From Bacteroidota bacterium (GTDB lineage Bacteria; Bacteroidota; Bacteroidia; UKL13-3): a DNA stretch of 64,000 bases. Shown in pieces: positions 39,644-48,768 of the stretch. The position numbers and the translations under genes are program-made. The notes below the pieces were generated by a model. It did not search any database. It saw nothing but the letters and a program-made list of their open reading frames with translations, and was not told the DNA's origin. The stretch is from NCBI GenBank assembly GCA_947507965.1, contig CANNQU010000005.1, positions 22,884 through 86,883 of the forward strand. The letters run 5' to 3'. How positions within the stretch are numbered: position 1 is the stretch's first letter; every line of letters starts with the position of its first letter.

Positions 39644-40306
39644 TTAGTGGCTGATTAAATTGGGCAGTAATGCTAAATTAAACTCATCAAGCGACCGGAT
39701 TTTAGTATCGGCAATGGCCATTCTTTGATCCTCAAAACGATGCGTAGCAGGCACAGCAATGCAATGCATACGAGCCGCTTTGGCAGCAATTACCCCATTC
39801 AAGGAGTCTTCAAATACGACGCATTCGGTTGGATACACATTCAAGGCTTGTGCTGCAGAAATAAAAATTTGAGGATGAGGCTTGCCATACTTTTCATGTT
39901 CGCCCGATCGGCTTACGATAAAATACTTTTGTAAGGAGAGTTTCGTAATAACCGCATGGATTAAAATTTCGGGAGAAGAAGACGCTAAGGCCATCGGTAT
40001 TTTTTTGTCGTAAAACATATCTAATGCTTTATAAACCCCCGGAAGTGGCTCCCCTTTTGCTATAATCAGTTCAGACATCATCTCCAATATCTCAACCTCC
40101 ACTTGCTTTTTTGTTTTTTTAGTAAAAGGATGTCGGTCGTAAACAAATTGAATGGCTTCATCAATTCGTAAACCTTCCACCTGTTGCAAGAAGGCATCAT
40201 CGATAAAAACATCGACTGTTTCGTAAATCTTACGCTCGGCGTGTTTCCAAAAGGGTTCGCTATCAATAAGCAAACCATCCATATCAAATATTGCAGCTTT
40301 AATCAT
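39644..40306 (-). CDS. HAD-superfamily hydrolase, subfamily IA (beta-phosphoglucomutase/phosphatase-like)
   Basis: Motif I at the N-terminus (IKAAIFDMDGLLIDSE), plus motifs II/III and IV (VFEDSLNGVIAAKAARM). 220 aa. Confidence 0.75.
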   Translation of the reverse strand: MIKAAIFDMDGLLIDSEPFWKHAERKIYETVDVFIDDAFLQQVEGLRIDEAIQFVYDRHPFTKKTKKQVEVEILEMMSELIIAKGEPLPGVYKALDMFYDKKIPMALASSSPEILIHAVITKLSLQKYFIVSRSGEHEKYGKPHPQIFISAAQALNVYPTECVVFEDSLNGVIAAKAARMHCIAVPATHRFEDQRMAIADTKIRSLDEFNLALLPNLISH

Positions 40307-40366
40307 TGGTTATTGCTCGTTGGTTAAAAAACAAGAAAGGCGAAAAATGCAGGCATCATCTTCAAA

Positions 40367-41431
40367 TTAGTTTAAGGTCTTCTTTCTATTAAATCGTAAG
40401 GCTTTCACCATCCAATTCGGTAATGGTTTCGTCGCATCGCGTTTCTTTAAATTGAAATACCATCCTAGTTTTTTCAGTATCGGTACTTTGTGGGCCTCAA
40501 CATATTCAATTAAGGTGCCGTCGGGGTCTTCGTTATAGGCAAAGTGCCCTGCAGCATCGCCCATATCAAAACTGTTGGCACTATCAACGGTAAAGGGGTA
40601 TCCCATTCTATTGCAATCGGCTTGCAATAGTTTCATCCCCACCACATCAAAACATAAATGAATATACCCTTGATCGCCCCAGAGACGATTTTCAAATAAT
40701 TTCTTCGGTAAGTAGTCTATTGCTTGTATCAATTCAATGGTGCACGGCCCGACTAACCTGCTAAAGGCCCCTTTACGTTCAGCATCTTGCTTTAAAAGTA
40801 TCCGACGGTAATTTTTATCTCCACCAGCCATGCCATGCCACTCAATGAAATTGCCTTTCACATCATATACCATATTTTTTATGCCCAATACCCCTGTATA
40901 AAAATTCATGGCTTTTTCCATAGAGCTTACAGCGATGGTTACGCCGGAGATGCCACCACAAAGATGACCTGTTTGCATAAACCAGTAATCATCATCTACT
41001 AGTTGAAACTTATTCCCATAAGGATCTTCCATATAGAAGGTAGGCTTGCCTTGAGGGTCCAAATGGATTTCACTTAGCAGCTTTAATTTTTCCTTTTTAT
41101 ACCAATTATAGGCAGACTCAACCGATCGGCATTTAATTTTAATAATCTGTGTGCCGGTATCCCCTAAATTGATGATAAAGTTAGCGGGTTGCGCCTTACG
41201 GCTTTTGTATTCCCATATTTCAAAACCGCCTCCGCTTTGCATATTCACCGCCAAAATAGCGTAACGATTATGTACTTCTCCTCCGGTATAGCACGTCATC
41301 AATGGCGCAGGGGCGGCATCATTAAAAATAACCACATCCATGCCAAAATATTTACTGTACCAAGCCCATGCTTCATTGGCATTGGTAACTCCAATACCTA
41401 CTTGCTGAATTCCGGTTATAATTTTTTGCAT
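40367..41431 (-). CDS. Two-domain VOC (glyoxalase/bleomycin-resistance/extradiol dioxygenase) family protein (start at ATG 41431; longest ORF uses TTG at 41458)
   Basis: Two tandem approx 150-aa glyoxalase-fold modules (GIQQVGIGV... and GGISGVTIAV...). I cannot assign it to HPPD or another specific subfamily by eye. Confidence 0.45.
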   Translation of the reverse strand: MQKIITGIQQVGIGVTNANEAWAWYSKYFGMDVVIFNDAAPAPLMTCYTGGEVHNRYAILAVNMQSGGGFEIWEYKSRKAQPANFIINLGDTGTQIIKIKCRSVESAYNWYKKEKLKLLSEIHLDPQGKPTFYMEDPYGNKFQLVDDDYWFMQTGHLCGGISGVTIAVSSMEKAMNFYTGVLGIKNMVYDVKGNFIEWHGMAGGDKNYRRILLKQDAERKGAFSRLVGPCTIELIQAIDYLPKKLFENRLWGDQGYIHLCFDVVGMKLLQADCNRMGYPFTVDSANSFDMGDAAGHFAYNEDPDGTLIEYVEAHKVPILKKLGWYFNLKKRDATKPLPNWMVKALRFNRKKTLN

Positions 41432-41644
41432 GACGCGAAGATAAAATTTTAGATGCAAATCGACTCCTTTGCAACCTATTTAGTTTCAACTTTGGCATAA
41501 AACCCCTCCCATAATAAAATGCAGCGCTAGCTATTTTACACGAGTGGCAACCTCCATCGCTTAATTTTTAAATTTATTGGTTCATTTATTTGAAAGAATA
41601 GCCTGTTTTAAAATGTGATCACGTACCTTTGCCTCCTTTTTATA

Positions 41645-42652
41645 ATGAGTAATATTCAGCCTTTATTTGAGCAAATAAAAAAAATAGCTGCTCCACGAAT
41701 TGTCATCACAACACATCACAAACCCGACGCCGATGCGTTAGGTTCGAGCCTTGGGCTTTACAATTTCTTTAAGAAAGCAGGCATTGCCTCACAAATTATT
41801 TCACCAACCGACTACGGGGATTTCTTAGATTGGATGGCAGGAGAAGACACCATCATTAATTTCGAAGAAAACAAAACCAAGTGTGAGAAACTAGTGAAAG
41901 AGGCTGATTATATTTTCTGTCTCGACTTCAACGCACTGAGTAGAATCAATGATTTGGGAACGATGGTTGAGCAAAGCCAGGCAATAAAGGTACTCATCGA
42001 TCATCATCTTAACCCGGAACGATTTTATGATTATGAGCATTGGAACAGTGAAAGCAGCAGTACGTGTGAATTACTTTACGAGGTAATAAAACTATGGGAT
42101 TACACGTTCATGACAAAAGAAATAGCACAGTGTCTGTATGCAGGTATTATGACCGATACGGGCTCATTCCGGTTTCCTTCCACACACGCTAACACGCATT
42201 TGGCCGTTGCCGAATTATTGAAATTCGACATCGAACATCACTTAATTCACGAAAACATCTCAGACTCCTCATCGGAGGATAGCGTACGATTCGTGGGATA
42301 TATTATTTCCGAAAAACTGAAGCTCATCCAAGAATATCGTGTTGCCTATATGACCGTTACTCAGGAAGAGCTTATAAAATTTAATGTGGCTACCGGCGAT
42401 ACGGAAGGCCTGGTGAATTATGGCTTAGAAATTAGAGGAATAAAACTTGCGGCCTTATTTATTGACCGTAAGCATCTGGTGAAGATGAGCTTTAGAAGTA
42501 AAGGGAATTTTCCATCCAATGAATTTGCCGCCAAATATTTTAAAGGAGGTGGACATTTTCATGCTGCCGGCGGGCAATCGAATTTAACATTAGAAGAAAC
42601 CGTTGAGAAATTTAAAAACGCCTTACCCGAATGGGCTCATTTGCTAAAATAA
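41645..42652 (+). CDS. nrnA: DHH-family phosphoesterase, NrnA-like bifunctional oligoribonuclease/pAp phosphatase (start at ATG 41645)
   Basis: DHH motifs: ITTHHKPDADALGS (motif I), LDFN (motif II), VLIDHHLN (motif III DHH) and a DHHA1-like C-terminus with GGGH (KGGGHFHAAG). 335 aa. Confidence 0.75.
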   Translation: MSNIQPLFEQIKKIAAPRIVITTHHKPDADALGSSLGLYNFFKKAGIASQIISPTDYGDFLDWMAGEDTIINFEENKTKCEKLVKEADYIFCLDFNALSRINDLGTMVEQSQAIKVLIDHHLNPERFYDYEHWNSESSSTCELLYEVIKLWDYTFMTKEIAQCLYAGIMTDTGSFRFPSTHANTHLAVAELLKFDIEHHLIHENISDSSSEDSVRFVGYIISEKLKLIQEYRVAYMTVTQEELIKFNVATGDTEGLVNYGLEIRGIKLAALFIDRKHLVKMSFRSKGNFPSNEFAAKYFKGGGHFHAAGGQSNLTLEETVEKFKNALPEWAHLLK

Positions 42653-42658
42653 AAAACG

Positions 42659-43354
42659 ATGCATAGACTACTATTTCCAATCTTCGCCCTAACTTTATTT
42701 TTTTCATGTGCCCCTAACCATCCGAAAAACAACAGTTCTCATGATGAAAAAGTGTATAAAAGTGCGTTGCAAATGGGCGATGTAAATGTTGCCATTCATG
42801 CGTGTTATGATATTATTGCCAACGATAGTACAAAAACAAATTATTACGACACGTTAGTCTATTTATATCTAAATACAAGAAACGATGGTTCAACGTTTCT
42901 GGCCGCTCGTGCTAGCTTAAAATATAAACCCGACAACGATAAAATGACTCGTGTTTCTGCCGATTATGCAAAAGCACTGGGGATGCCGGACACGGCAATT
43001 TTCTATTATAAAAAAACGTTTGAACTTAACAACAAGCTAGAGAACTTATATGAGGTTGCACAGGTGCAATATAATGCTGGTTATGATTCGGCGGCGGAAC
43101 AGACCGCTGAGCAAATAATTAACACCCGGGACAGTGAAAAAATGATGATTGCTATTGCTGCAGAACAAGAAAAACCACAGCAAATACCCCTAAAGGCTGC
43201 TGCATTTAATATTAAAGGCACTATTTTTATCAGTATGGGTAATAAGGAGGGGGCACTTCGTTACTTTAATGAAGCCTTAAAACTTGCTCCTGACTTTCGT
43301 GTTGCGAAGAAAAACAAAGAAGATATACGGAGTGGGAAAATTAAGTTCCAATAA
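42659..43354 (+). CDS. Hypothetical secreted TPR-like protein (paralog of 28860-29600)
   Basis: Signal/lipobox-like LFPIFALTLFFSC. The C-terminal block QQIPLKAAAFNIKGTIFI...EALKLAPDF parallels QEVPLRAAAFNLYGMIA...EAIKIFPEF in the other copy. Confidence 0.4.
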   Translation: MHRLLFPIFALTLFFSCAPNHPKNNSSHDEKVYKSALQMGDVNVAIHACYDIIANDSTKTNYYDTLVYLYLNTRNDGSTFLAARASLKYKPDNDKMTRVSADYAKALGMPDTAIFYYKKTFELNNKLENLYEVAQVQYNAGYDSAAEQTAEQIINTRDSEKMMIAIAAEQEKPQQIPLKAAAFNIKGTIFISMGNKEGALRYFNEALKLAPDFRVAKKNKEDIRSGKIKFQ

Positions 43355-43356
43355 TA

Positions 43357-44043
43357 ATGTATAGCTATTTATTTTTTGATTTAGACCATACCCTTTGGGA
43401 TTTTGAAAGAAATGCGGCCGAGTCATTAAAAGACCTACATTTAAAACATAACTTGATCCGGCATGAGATTTCAGCCCATGATTTTGTGCTTAAATACACT
43501 GAAATAAACCACGCTATGTGGCGCCAATATCATAAGGGAGAAATCGACAAAGAGTTTCTTCGAGCCCAACGATTTATCCAAACGTTTCAATATTTTAAAG
43601 TTCCAGAAAAGGAAATACCGGATCATTTATGGGATGAATATCTCGAGCTACTACCCCACCGCACCCATTTAATGGAAGGTTGTATTGAACTACTGGATTA
43701 TCTGAATCCAAAATATAAGATGACGATCATCACCAATGGCTTTAAGGAAGTGCAGCATGAAAAAATGCGTAACAGCAAGCTTCTCGACTATTTTAATTAC
43801 CTTGTAATAAGTGAAGACGTAGGTCACCAAAAACCGGCCAAACAAATCTTCGAACATGCCATGCAACTGAATAATTGTAAGAATCATGAGGTGTTAATGA
43901 TTGGCGACAATATGGAAGCCGATATCCAGGGGGCAAAAAATGCAGGCATTGATAGTGTATTTTATAATCCATTCAGCTCAACCGATACGGTGGGTGCGAC
44001 CTATGAAATACAGTCGTTACTCGAGTTGAAGAGGATCCTATAA
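43357..44043 (+). CDS. HAD-IA hydrolase, YjjG-like noncanonical pyrimidine 5-prime-nucleotidase family
   Basis: Motif I YLFFDLDHTLWDF (D-x-D-x-T), with a capping insertion and IGDNMEADIQGAKNAGI (motif IV). 228 aa. There is a 2-bp gap to the upstream gene. Confidence 0.65.
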   Translation: MYSYLFFDLDHTLWDFERNAAESLKDLHLKHNLIRHEISAHDFVLKYTEINHAMWRQYHKGEIDKEFLRAQRFIQTFQYFKVPEKEIPDHLWDEYLELLPHRTHLMEGCIELLDYLNPKYKMTIITNGFKEVQHEKMRNSKLLDYFNYLVISEDVGHQKPAKQIFEHAMQLNNCKNHEVLMIGDNMEADIQGAKNAGIDSVFYNPFSSTDTVGATYEIQSLLELKRIL

Positions 44044-44193
44044 TTTCCACCATAAATCATTTTGATTTAAGTACGACTACCGCTCAGCTAAAAATTAAAA
44101 AACAGCACTTCCACAACCTCCATTAGTAAATGATGCTCTCATTTACCTTTTTAACTTACCGGGTACAAAGTACAACTAACCTGGTATTTTATT

Positions 44194-45021
44194 ATGAAAC
44201 TACTCCATCTTTTTATTTTCAGTGTAACCGGCATACCATTTCTTAAAGCACAGCCTTCCACCATTCAAAGCGACTCGCGTAATATTTACATCCATCAGGC
44301 CGTGTACGAACGCAATCCTGTGCCATGGCCTTATTTGCCAGAACGCGATGTGTTTATTTGCAAGCATGTTGAACGTATGATAGATACCCGAGAGAAGATG
44401 AATTTAGTTATGCGCTGGCCGCAGCAACCTTTAATGGAAGTTATTTATAAGGCATTAAAGGAAGGAAAAATACATGCATACAAAACCGCTGCCTTAGATT
44501 CTGTATATGATGCCGACTATGCGCGAATGATTGGTTCGGTTACTCGCACGGTAACCGAACAATTAAGCGAAGATGAATTTAACACCAGAGAAACGCCGGT
44601 GACATCGGCAATGAATGCAAGCGACATTAAAAAATTTAAGGTCCTGGAAAACTGGATTTTCGACCGTAATACAGGGGAATCTTACACCCGAATATATGCC
44701 ATCGCACCCATTTACAATTTAACGGTTTCGGGCTATTCCATTGGCGAGCAGCCTGCCTTTTTCCTAAGCTATCAGGAGTGCCGTAAACTATTTGTTAATA
44801 CCGAAGTTTTCAACCGAACGAATGATGCCGGACGGCTCACCTACGACGATTTCTTTGAGCAGCGCATGTTTAGTAGTTATATATTAAAAACAAGTAATGT
44901 ATTTGACCTTGCCATACGCGATATGGAAGAGTTTAAACTGGATGGCGTGGAGGCACTAATAGAAGGGAATGCGCTGAACGAAAATCTACTTAACACCGAA
45001 CATGATATGTGGGAAAATTGA
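44194..45021 (+). CDS. GldN/PorN-like protein (gliding motility / type IX secretion ring component homolog), stand-alone
   Basis: Signal peptide. The region NPVPWPYLPERDVFICKHVERMIDTREKMN resembles the conserved GldN/PorN N-terminal block (P-x-PY-x-RE-DV-W-x-KR-x-WR-x-ID-x-REK-N) as I recall it. 275 aa, a size typical for GldN. No gldKLM genes are adjacent. Confidence 0.35.
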   Translation: MKLLHLFIFSVTGIPFLKAQPSTIQSDSRNIYIHQAVYERNPVPWPYLPERDVFICKHVERMIDTREKMNLVMRWPQQPLMEVIYKALKEGKIHAYKTAALDSVYDADYARMIGSVTRTVTEQLSEDEFNTRETPVTSAMNASDIKKFKVLENWIFDRNTGESYTRIYAIAPIYNLTVSGYSIGEQPAFFLSYQECRKLFVNTEVFNRTNDAGRLTYDDFFEQRMFSSYILKTSNVFDLAIRDMEEFKLDGVEALIEGNALNENLLNTEHDMWEN

Positions 45022-45424
45022 AGACTACAGCTATTGCAGTAACAAGATAACAACCCCTTCTCTCCGTAATTAATCAATAGATTCTCGGCTCCTTCCTATT
45101 TCGTAATCTCTACCAGGCTGCTAATCCGCCTTTCGCAGAAAATAGGTTTATAAATCAAAGCATCATCACAACGTCCAATCCAATAGGTTCCTTCTTCTTC
45201 CATTTTTATTTTTTTATTCGAAATATTTTACGTTATCTTGTATCGTATTATCATTACATGAAGAAATTAATCACGTCCAACTTTCGGCGCAATCTTTTTA
45301 TTTCCAAATAATTTTTTTAAGAGAACTTAAAAAGCAGGATTTGTGTTGGAATAAAGTGAGCAAAGAAATAGCGTTAAATAAAACTTCATTTTACTGATTT
45401 CAGATAAAATAAATCAAACTAAAG

Positions 45425-46615
45425 ATGAACCCATTACAAAAAAAGATGGAGGCCTATACGAGTCCTCAGCAAGTGAAAGAACAAGGATTCTATCCTTTTT
45501 TTAAGGCCATTGAATCAGCACAAGATACGGTGGTGCAACTCAATGGAAAAAAGGTTCTGATGTTCGGATCAAACAGCTACTTAGGGTTAACGAATCATCC
45601 ATTAATAAAAGAAGCCGCCATTAATGCCATAAAAAAATATGGTACCGGTTGTGCTGGTTCTCGTTTTTTAAACGGCACTATCGACCTACACAATAAGTTA
45701 GAACATGCCTTATCTCAATTTGTTGGAAAGGAGTCGGCAATTGTTTTTAGCACCGGGTTTCAAGCTAATTTGGGAGCCGTTTCGGCACTTACCGGCAGGC
45801 ACGATTACCTTGTCATCGACGACGCAGATCACGCTTCCATTATTGATGGATGCCGCCTCTCGTTTTCAAAAGTGATTAAATTCAAGCATAACGATATGGT
45901 TTCGCTTGAAAAAGAACTCAAAGCGTTACCGGAAGATAAAATCAAACTCATCATCATTGATGGGGTGTTTAGTATGGAAGGGGATATTGCAAAATTGCCT
46001 GAGATTGCACGAATATCGGCAAAATACAATGGAAGCATCATGGTTGATGAAGCCCATTCCCTTGGTGTGATTGGCAAAAATGGGTCTGGTTCCGTAGCAC
46101 ATTTTGGTTTAACAAGCGAAGTAGATGTTATTATGGGAACGTTTAGCAAGTCATTATCAACTGTTGGAGGTTTTATCGCTGCCGATGAAGCCACTATCAA
46201 CTATCTGAAACATACCTCACGCTCCTTAATTTTTAGTGCCAGTATTTCACCGGCCAATGCGGCCAGTGCTCTCACCGCATTAGAAATTGTAAAAGCAGAA
46301 CCAGAACGAATAGAACAGCTTTGGAGCAATACGCATTATGCAATGAAGCAACTGAAAGACCGTGGATTCGACATTGGAAAAACGGAGACCCCTATTATTC
46401 CGATCTATGTTCGTGACGATACAAAAACATTTATGTTAACGCAAATGTTGCTCGATGATGGCGTTTTTGTCAACCCTATTATCTCGCCAGCGGTGCGAAG
46501 TGACTCTTCCCTAATACGCTTTTCGCTCATGGCGACCCATACTTTTGAACAGATCGATATTGCTATTGGAAAAATACATAAAATTGCCTCACAGCTAGGA
46601 ATTGCTTCAAAATAA
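45425..46615 (+). CDS. Alpha-oxoamine synthase family PLP-dependent acyltransferase, serine palmitoyltransferase-like (or cysteate acyltransferase-like)
   Basis: PLP-lysine block GTFSKSLSTVGGF (SPT/BioF/Kbl family; the S-K-S-L/V-G-G form is closest to SPT). Also the glycine-rich N-terminus, HASIIDG and D-E-A-H-S-x-G. 396 aa, the same length as Bacteroides SPT. Confidence 0.8.
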   Translation: MNPLQKKMEAYTSPQQVKEQGFYPFFKAIESAQDTVVQLNGKKVLMFGSNSYLGLTNHPLIKEAAINAIKKYGTGCAGSRFLNGTIDLHNKLEHALSQFVGKESAIVFSTGFQANLGAVSALTGRHDYLVIDDADHASIIDGCRLSFSKVIKFKHNDMVSLEKELKALPEDKIKLIIIDGVFSMEGDIAKLPEIARISAKYNGSIMVDEAHSLGVIGKNGSGSVAHFGLTSEVDVIMGTFSKSLSTVGGFIAADEATINYLKHTSRSLIFSASISPANAASALTALEIVKAEPERIEQLWSNTHYAMKQLKDRGFDIGKTETPIIPIYVRDDTKTFMLTQMLLDDGVFVNPIISPAVRSDSSLIRFSLMATHTFEQIDIAIGKIHKIASQLGIASK

Positions 46616-46631
46616 TAATCTAAATCTAACC

Positions 46632-47753
46632 ATGATTACCATAAAAAAAGTTTCATCCTCAAAAGACCTGGCGGATTTCATTGACTTCCCGCATCATTTA
46701 TATAAAGGGGATGTGAATTATGTACCCGAACTTTTTATTGCACAACGAGATTTGCTGAGTGTAAAAAAACATCCTTTTTTCAAGCATTCAAAACTTGATT
46801 TATTTCTTGCCATCAAAGAGGCTAAAATAGTGGGTAGAATTGCGGCCATAAGGAATAACAACCACCTGAAATATACGAGTACAAAAGACGGCTTCTGGGG
46901 ATTCTTTGATGTAATTGAAGATTATGCTGTTGCCGAAAAACTCTTTGATACCGTTTCTGAGTGGGTGAAAAAAGAAGAGCTCACTTCCATCATCGGACCC
47001 GTGAATTTTTCAACGAATGAAACGTGCGGTTTATTAATTGAAGGATTTGATACGCCACCGGTGGTGATGATGACATATAACAAGAACTATTACCCAGAAT
47101 TCATTGAAAAATATGGCTATAGAAAAAAGATGGATCTCATCGCCTATAACCTCAAAACAAGCGAATTATCGGATAGAACAGTGAATTTAGTGGAGCGGCT
47201 GGAGGAGCGATTGAAATTAAGGGGCATCACCATTCGAACCACTAACATGAAAGATTTTGCAAAGGAAGTAACAAAAATAAAAGAAATCTATAACTCCGCC
47301 TGGGATAAGAACTGGGGGTTCGTTCCGATGACGGATGAAGAGTTTGACTTCATGGCTAAAGACATGAAAATGATTCTCGATCCGGATTTTTGCTACCTCG
47401 CTGAGCATCATGGCAAAGCGGTGGGATTCTCTCTTGCCATTCCCGACATGAACCAAGTTTTCATCAAAATAAAAAAAGGAAGACTACTTCCCACAGGGCT
47501 GTTTAAATTGCTTTTTAATAAGAAAAAAGTAAATAAAGTGCGCGTTTTAACTCTTGGAGTTGTAGAAGAATATCGAAAAATGGGGATAGAGGCTTGTTTT
47601 TATGCTCGAAATATAATCACCGCAAAAAAGAAAAATATTCTTTCTGCAGAGGCCTCATGGATACTCGAAACGAACGAGATGATGAATAAGGCATTACTCA
47701 ATATCAATGCCGAACCCTATAAAAAATATAGGATGTATGAATTAGCTTTATGA
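46632..47753 (+). CDS. GNAT-fold N-acyltransferase, candidate bacterial ceramide synthase (bCerS-like) (start at ATG 46632)
   Basis: C-terminal GNAT motif-A-like R-V-L-T-L-G-V-V-E-E-Y-R-K-M-G-I-E and upstream HHGKAVGFSLAIPD. ~374 aa, with 17 bp between the spt-like stop and this start. Confidence 0.45.
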   Translation: MITIKKVSSSKDLADFIDFPHHLYKGDVNYVPELFIAQRDLLSVKKHPFFKHSKLDLFLAIKEAKIVGRIAAIRNNNHLKYTSTKDGFWGFFDVIEDYAVAEKLFDTVSEWVKKEELTSIIGPVNFSTNETCGLLIEGFDTPPVVMMTYNKNYYPEFIEKYGYRKKMDLIAYNLKTSELSDRTVNLVERLEERLKLRGITIRTTNMKDFAKEVTKIKEIYNSAWDKNWGFVPMTDEEFDFMAKDMKMILDPDFCYLAEHHGKAVGFSLAIPDMNQVFIKIKKGRLLPTGLFKLLFNKKKVNKVRVLTLGVVEEYRKMGIEACFYARNIITAKKKNILSAEASWILETNEMMNKALLNINAEPYKKYRMYELAL

Positions 47754-47754
47754 G

Positions 47755-48750
47755 ATGAAAAAAGTTTTAATAACTGGGGCAAGTGGTTTCATCGGGAGTT
47801 TCATGGTAGAGGAAGCTCTAAGAAGAAACTATGATGTTTATGCTGGTATTAGAAAATCAAGCAGCACCATCTACCTTACCGATACGAGAATAAAATTGGT
47901 GGAACTCGACTTTTCAGATGTTGAGGTACTACGGGAAAAACTGAATAAACTTCCCTACTTCGATTATATTATTCATAATGCAGGACTCACAAAAGGTTTA
48001 AAGAAGCAGGACTATTTTACTTCAAATTACGAATACACCAAAAATTTCATAGCGGTATTAATAAGCCTGAATCGTATTCCGAAAAAATTTATTTATATGA
48101 GTAGCCTTGCAGCCTTCGGCCCCGGCGACCCATTACTACTGCAGGCCGTAAAAGTTTCCGACAGACCCCAACCGGTTACCTCCTATGGGGAAAGCAAACT
48201 CGCGTCGGAAAACTTTATAACGTCATTGCTCAACTTTCCCTATATCATCATACGACCTACTGCAGTATATGGGCCGAGAGAAAAAGATCTTCTCACCGTA
48301 TTTAAACTCATCAATAGTAACCTGGAGCTTTTCGTTGGATTCAAAAAACAACACTTGACTTTTGTGTATGTATCCGACCTTATAACGGCTGTATTTCTGG
48401 CCATGGAATCAACGATTATTAACAGAGGCTATTTTGTGAGTGATGGGCATGTGTATGATGGGAAAATGTTTGGAAATAGTATTAAAATGCAACTCCAGAA
48501 AAAGACCCTTCGTCTGCACCTTCCTGTCGTTTTTGTTCGATTGATTGCCATTCTTTCTGAGGCGACAAAATACATCCGACGGAAACAACCCGTGCTAAAC
48601 CTTGAAAAAATTAAAGAGCTGGAATCCACCAATTGGAAATGCGATATTCAGCCTTTGCTCGATGATTTAAATTTTAAGCCCGAATATAATTTGGATAGAG
48701 GTATTCAAGAAACCACGGCCTGGTATAGAAAAGAAAAGTGGTTGAAATAA
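47755..48750 (+). CDS. NAD(P)-dependent epimerase/dehydratase-family (extended SDR) reductase, candidate 3-ketosphinganine/oxidised-ceramide reductase (CerR-like)
   Basis: Rossmann N-terminus MKKVLITGASGFIGSFMVEEAL and Y-x3-K (SYGESK). The start is 1 bp after the upstream stop. Confidence 0.65.
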   Translation: MKKVLITGASGFIGSFMVEEALRRNYDVYAGIRKSSSTIYLTDTRIKLVELDFSDVEVLREKLNKLPYFDYIIHNAGLTKGLKKQDYFTSNYEYTKNFIAVLISLNRIPKKFIYMSSLAAFGPGDPLLLQAVKVSDRPQPVTSYGESKLASENFITSLLNFPYIIIRPTAVYGPREKDLLTVFKLINSNLELFVGFKKQHLTFVYVSDLITAVFLAMESTIINRGYFVSDGHVYDGKMFGNSIKMQLQKKTLRLHLPVVFVRLIAILSEATKYIRRKQPVLNLEKIKELESTNWKCDIQPLLDDLNFKPEYNLDRGIQETTAWYRKEKWLK

Positions 48751-48768
48751 TATTATTCTTTTAGCGCT

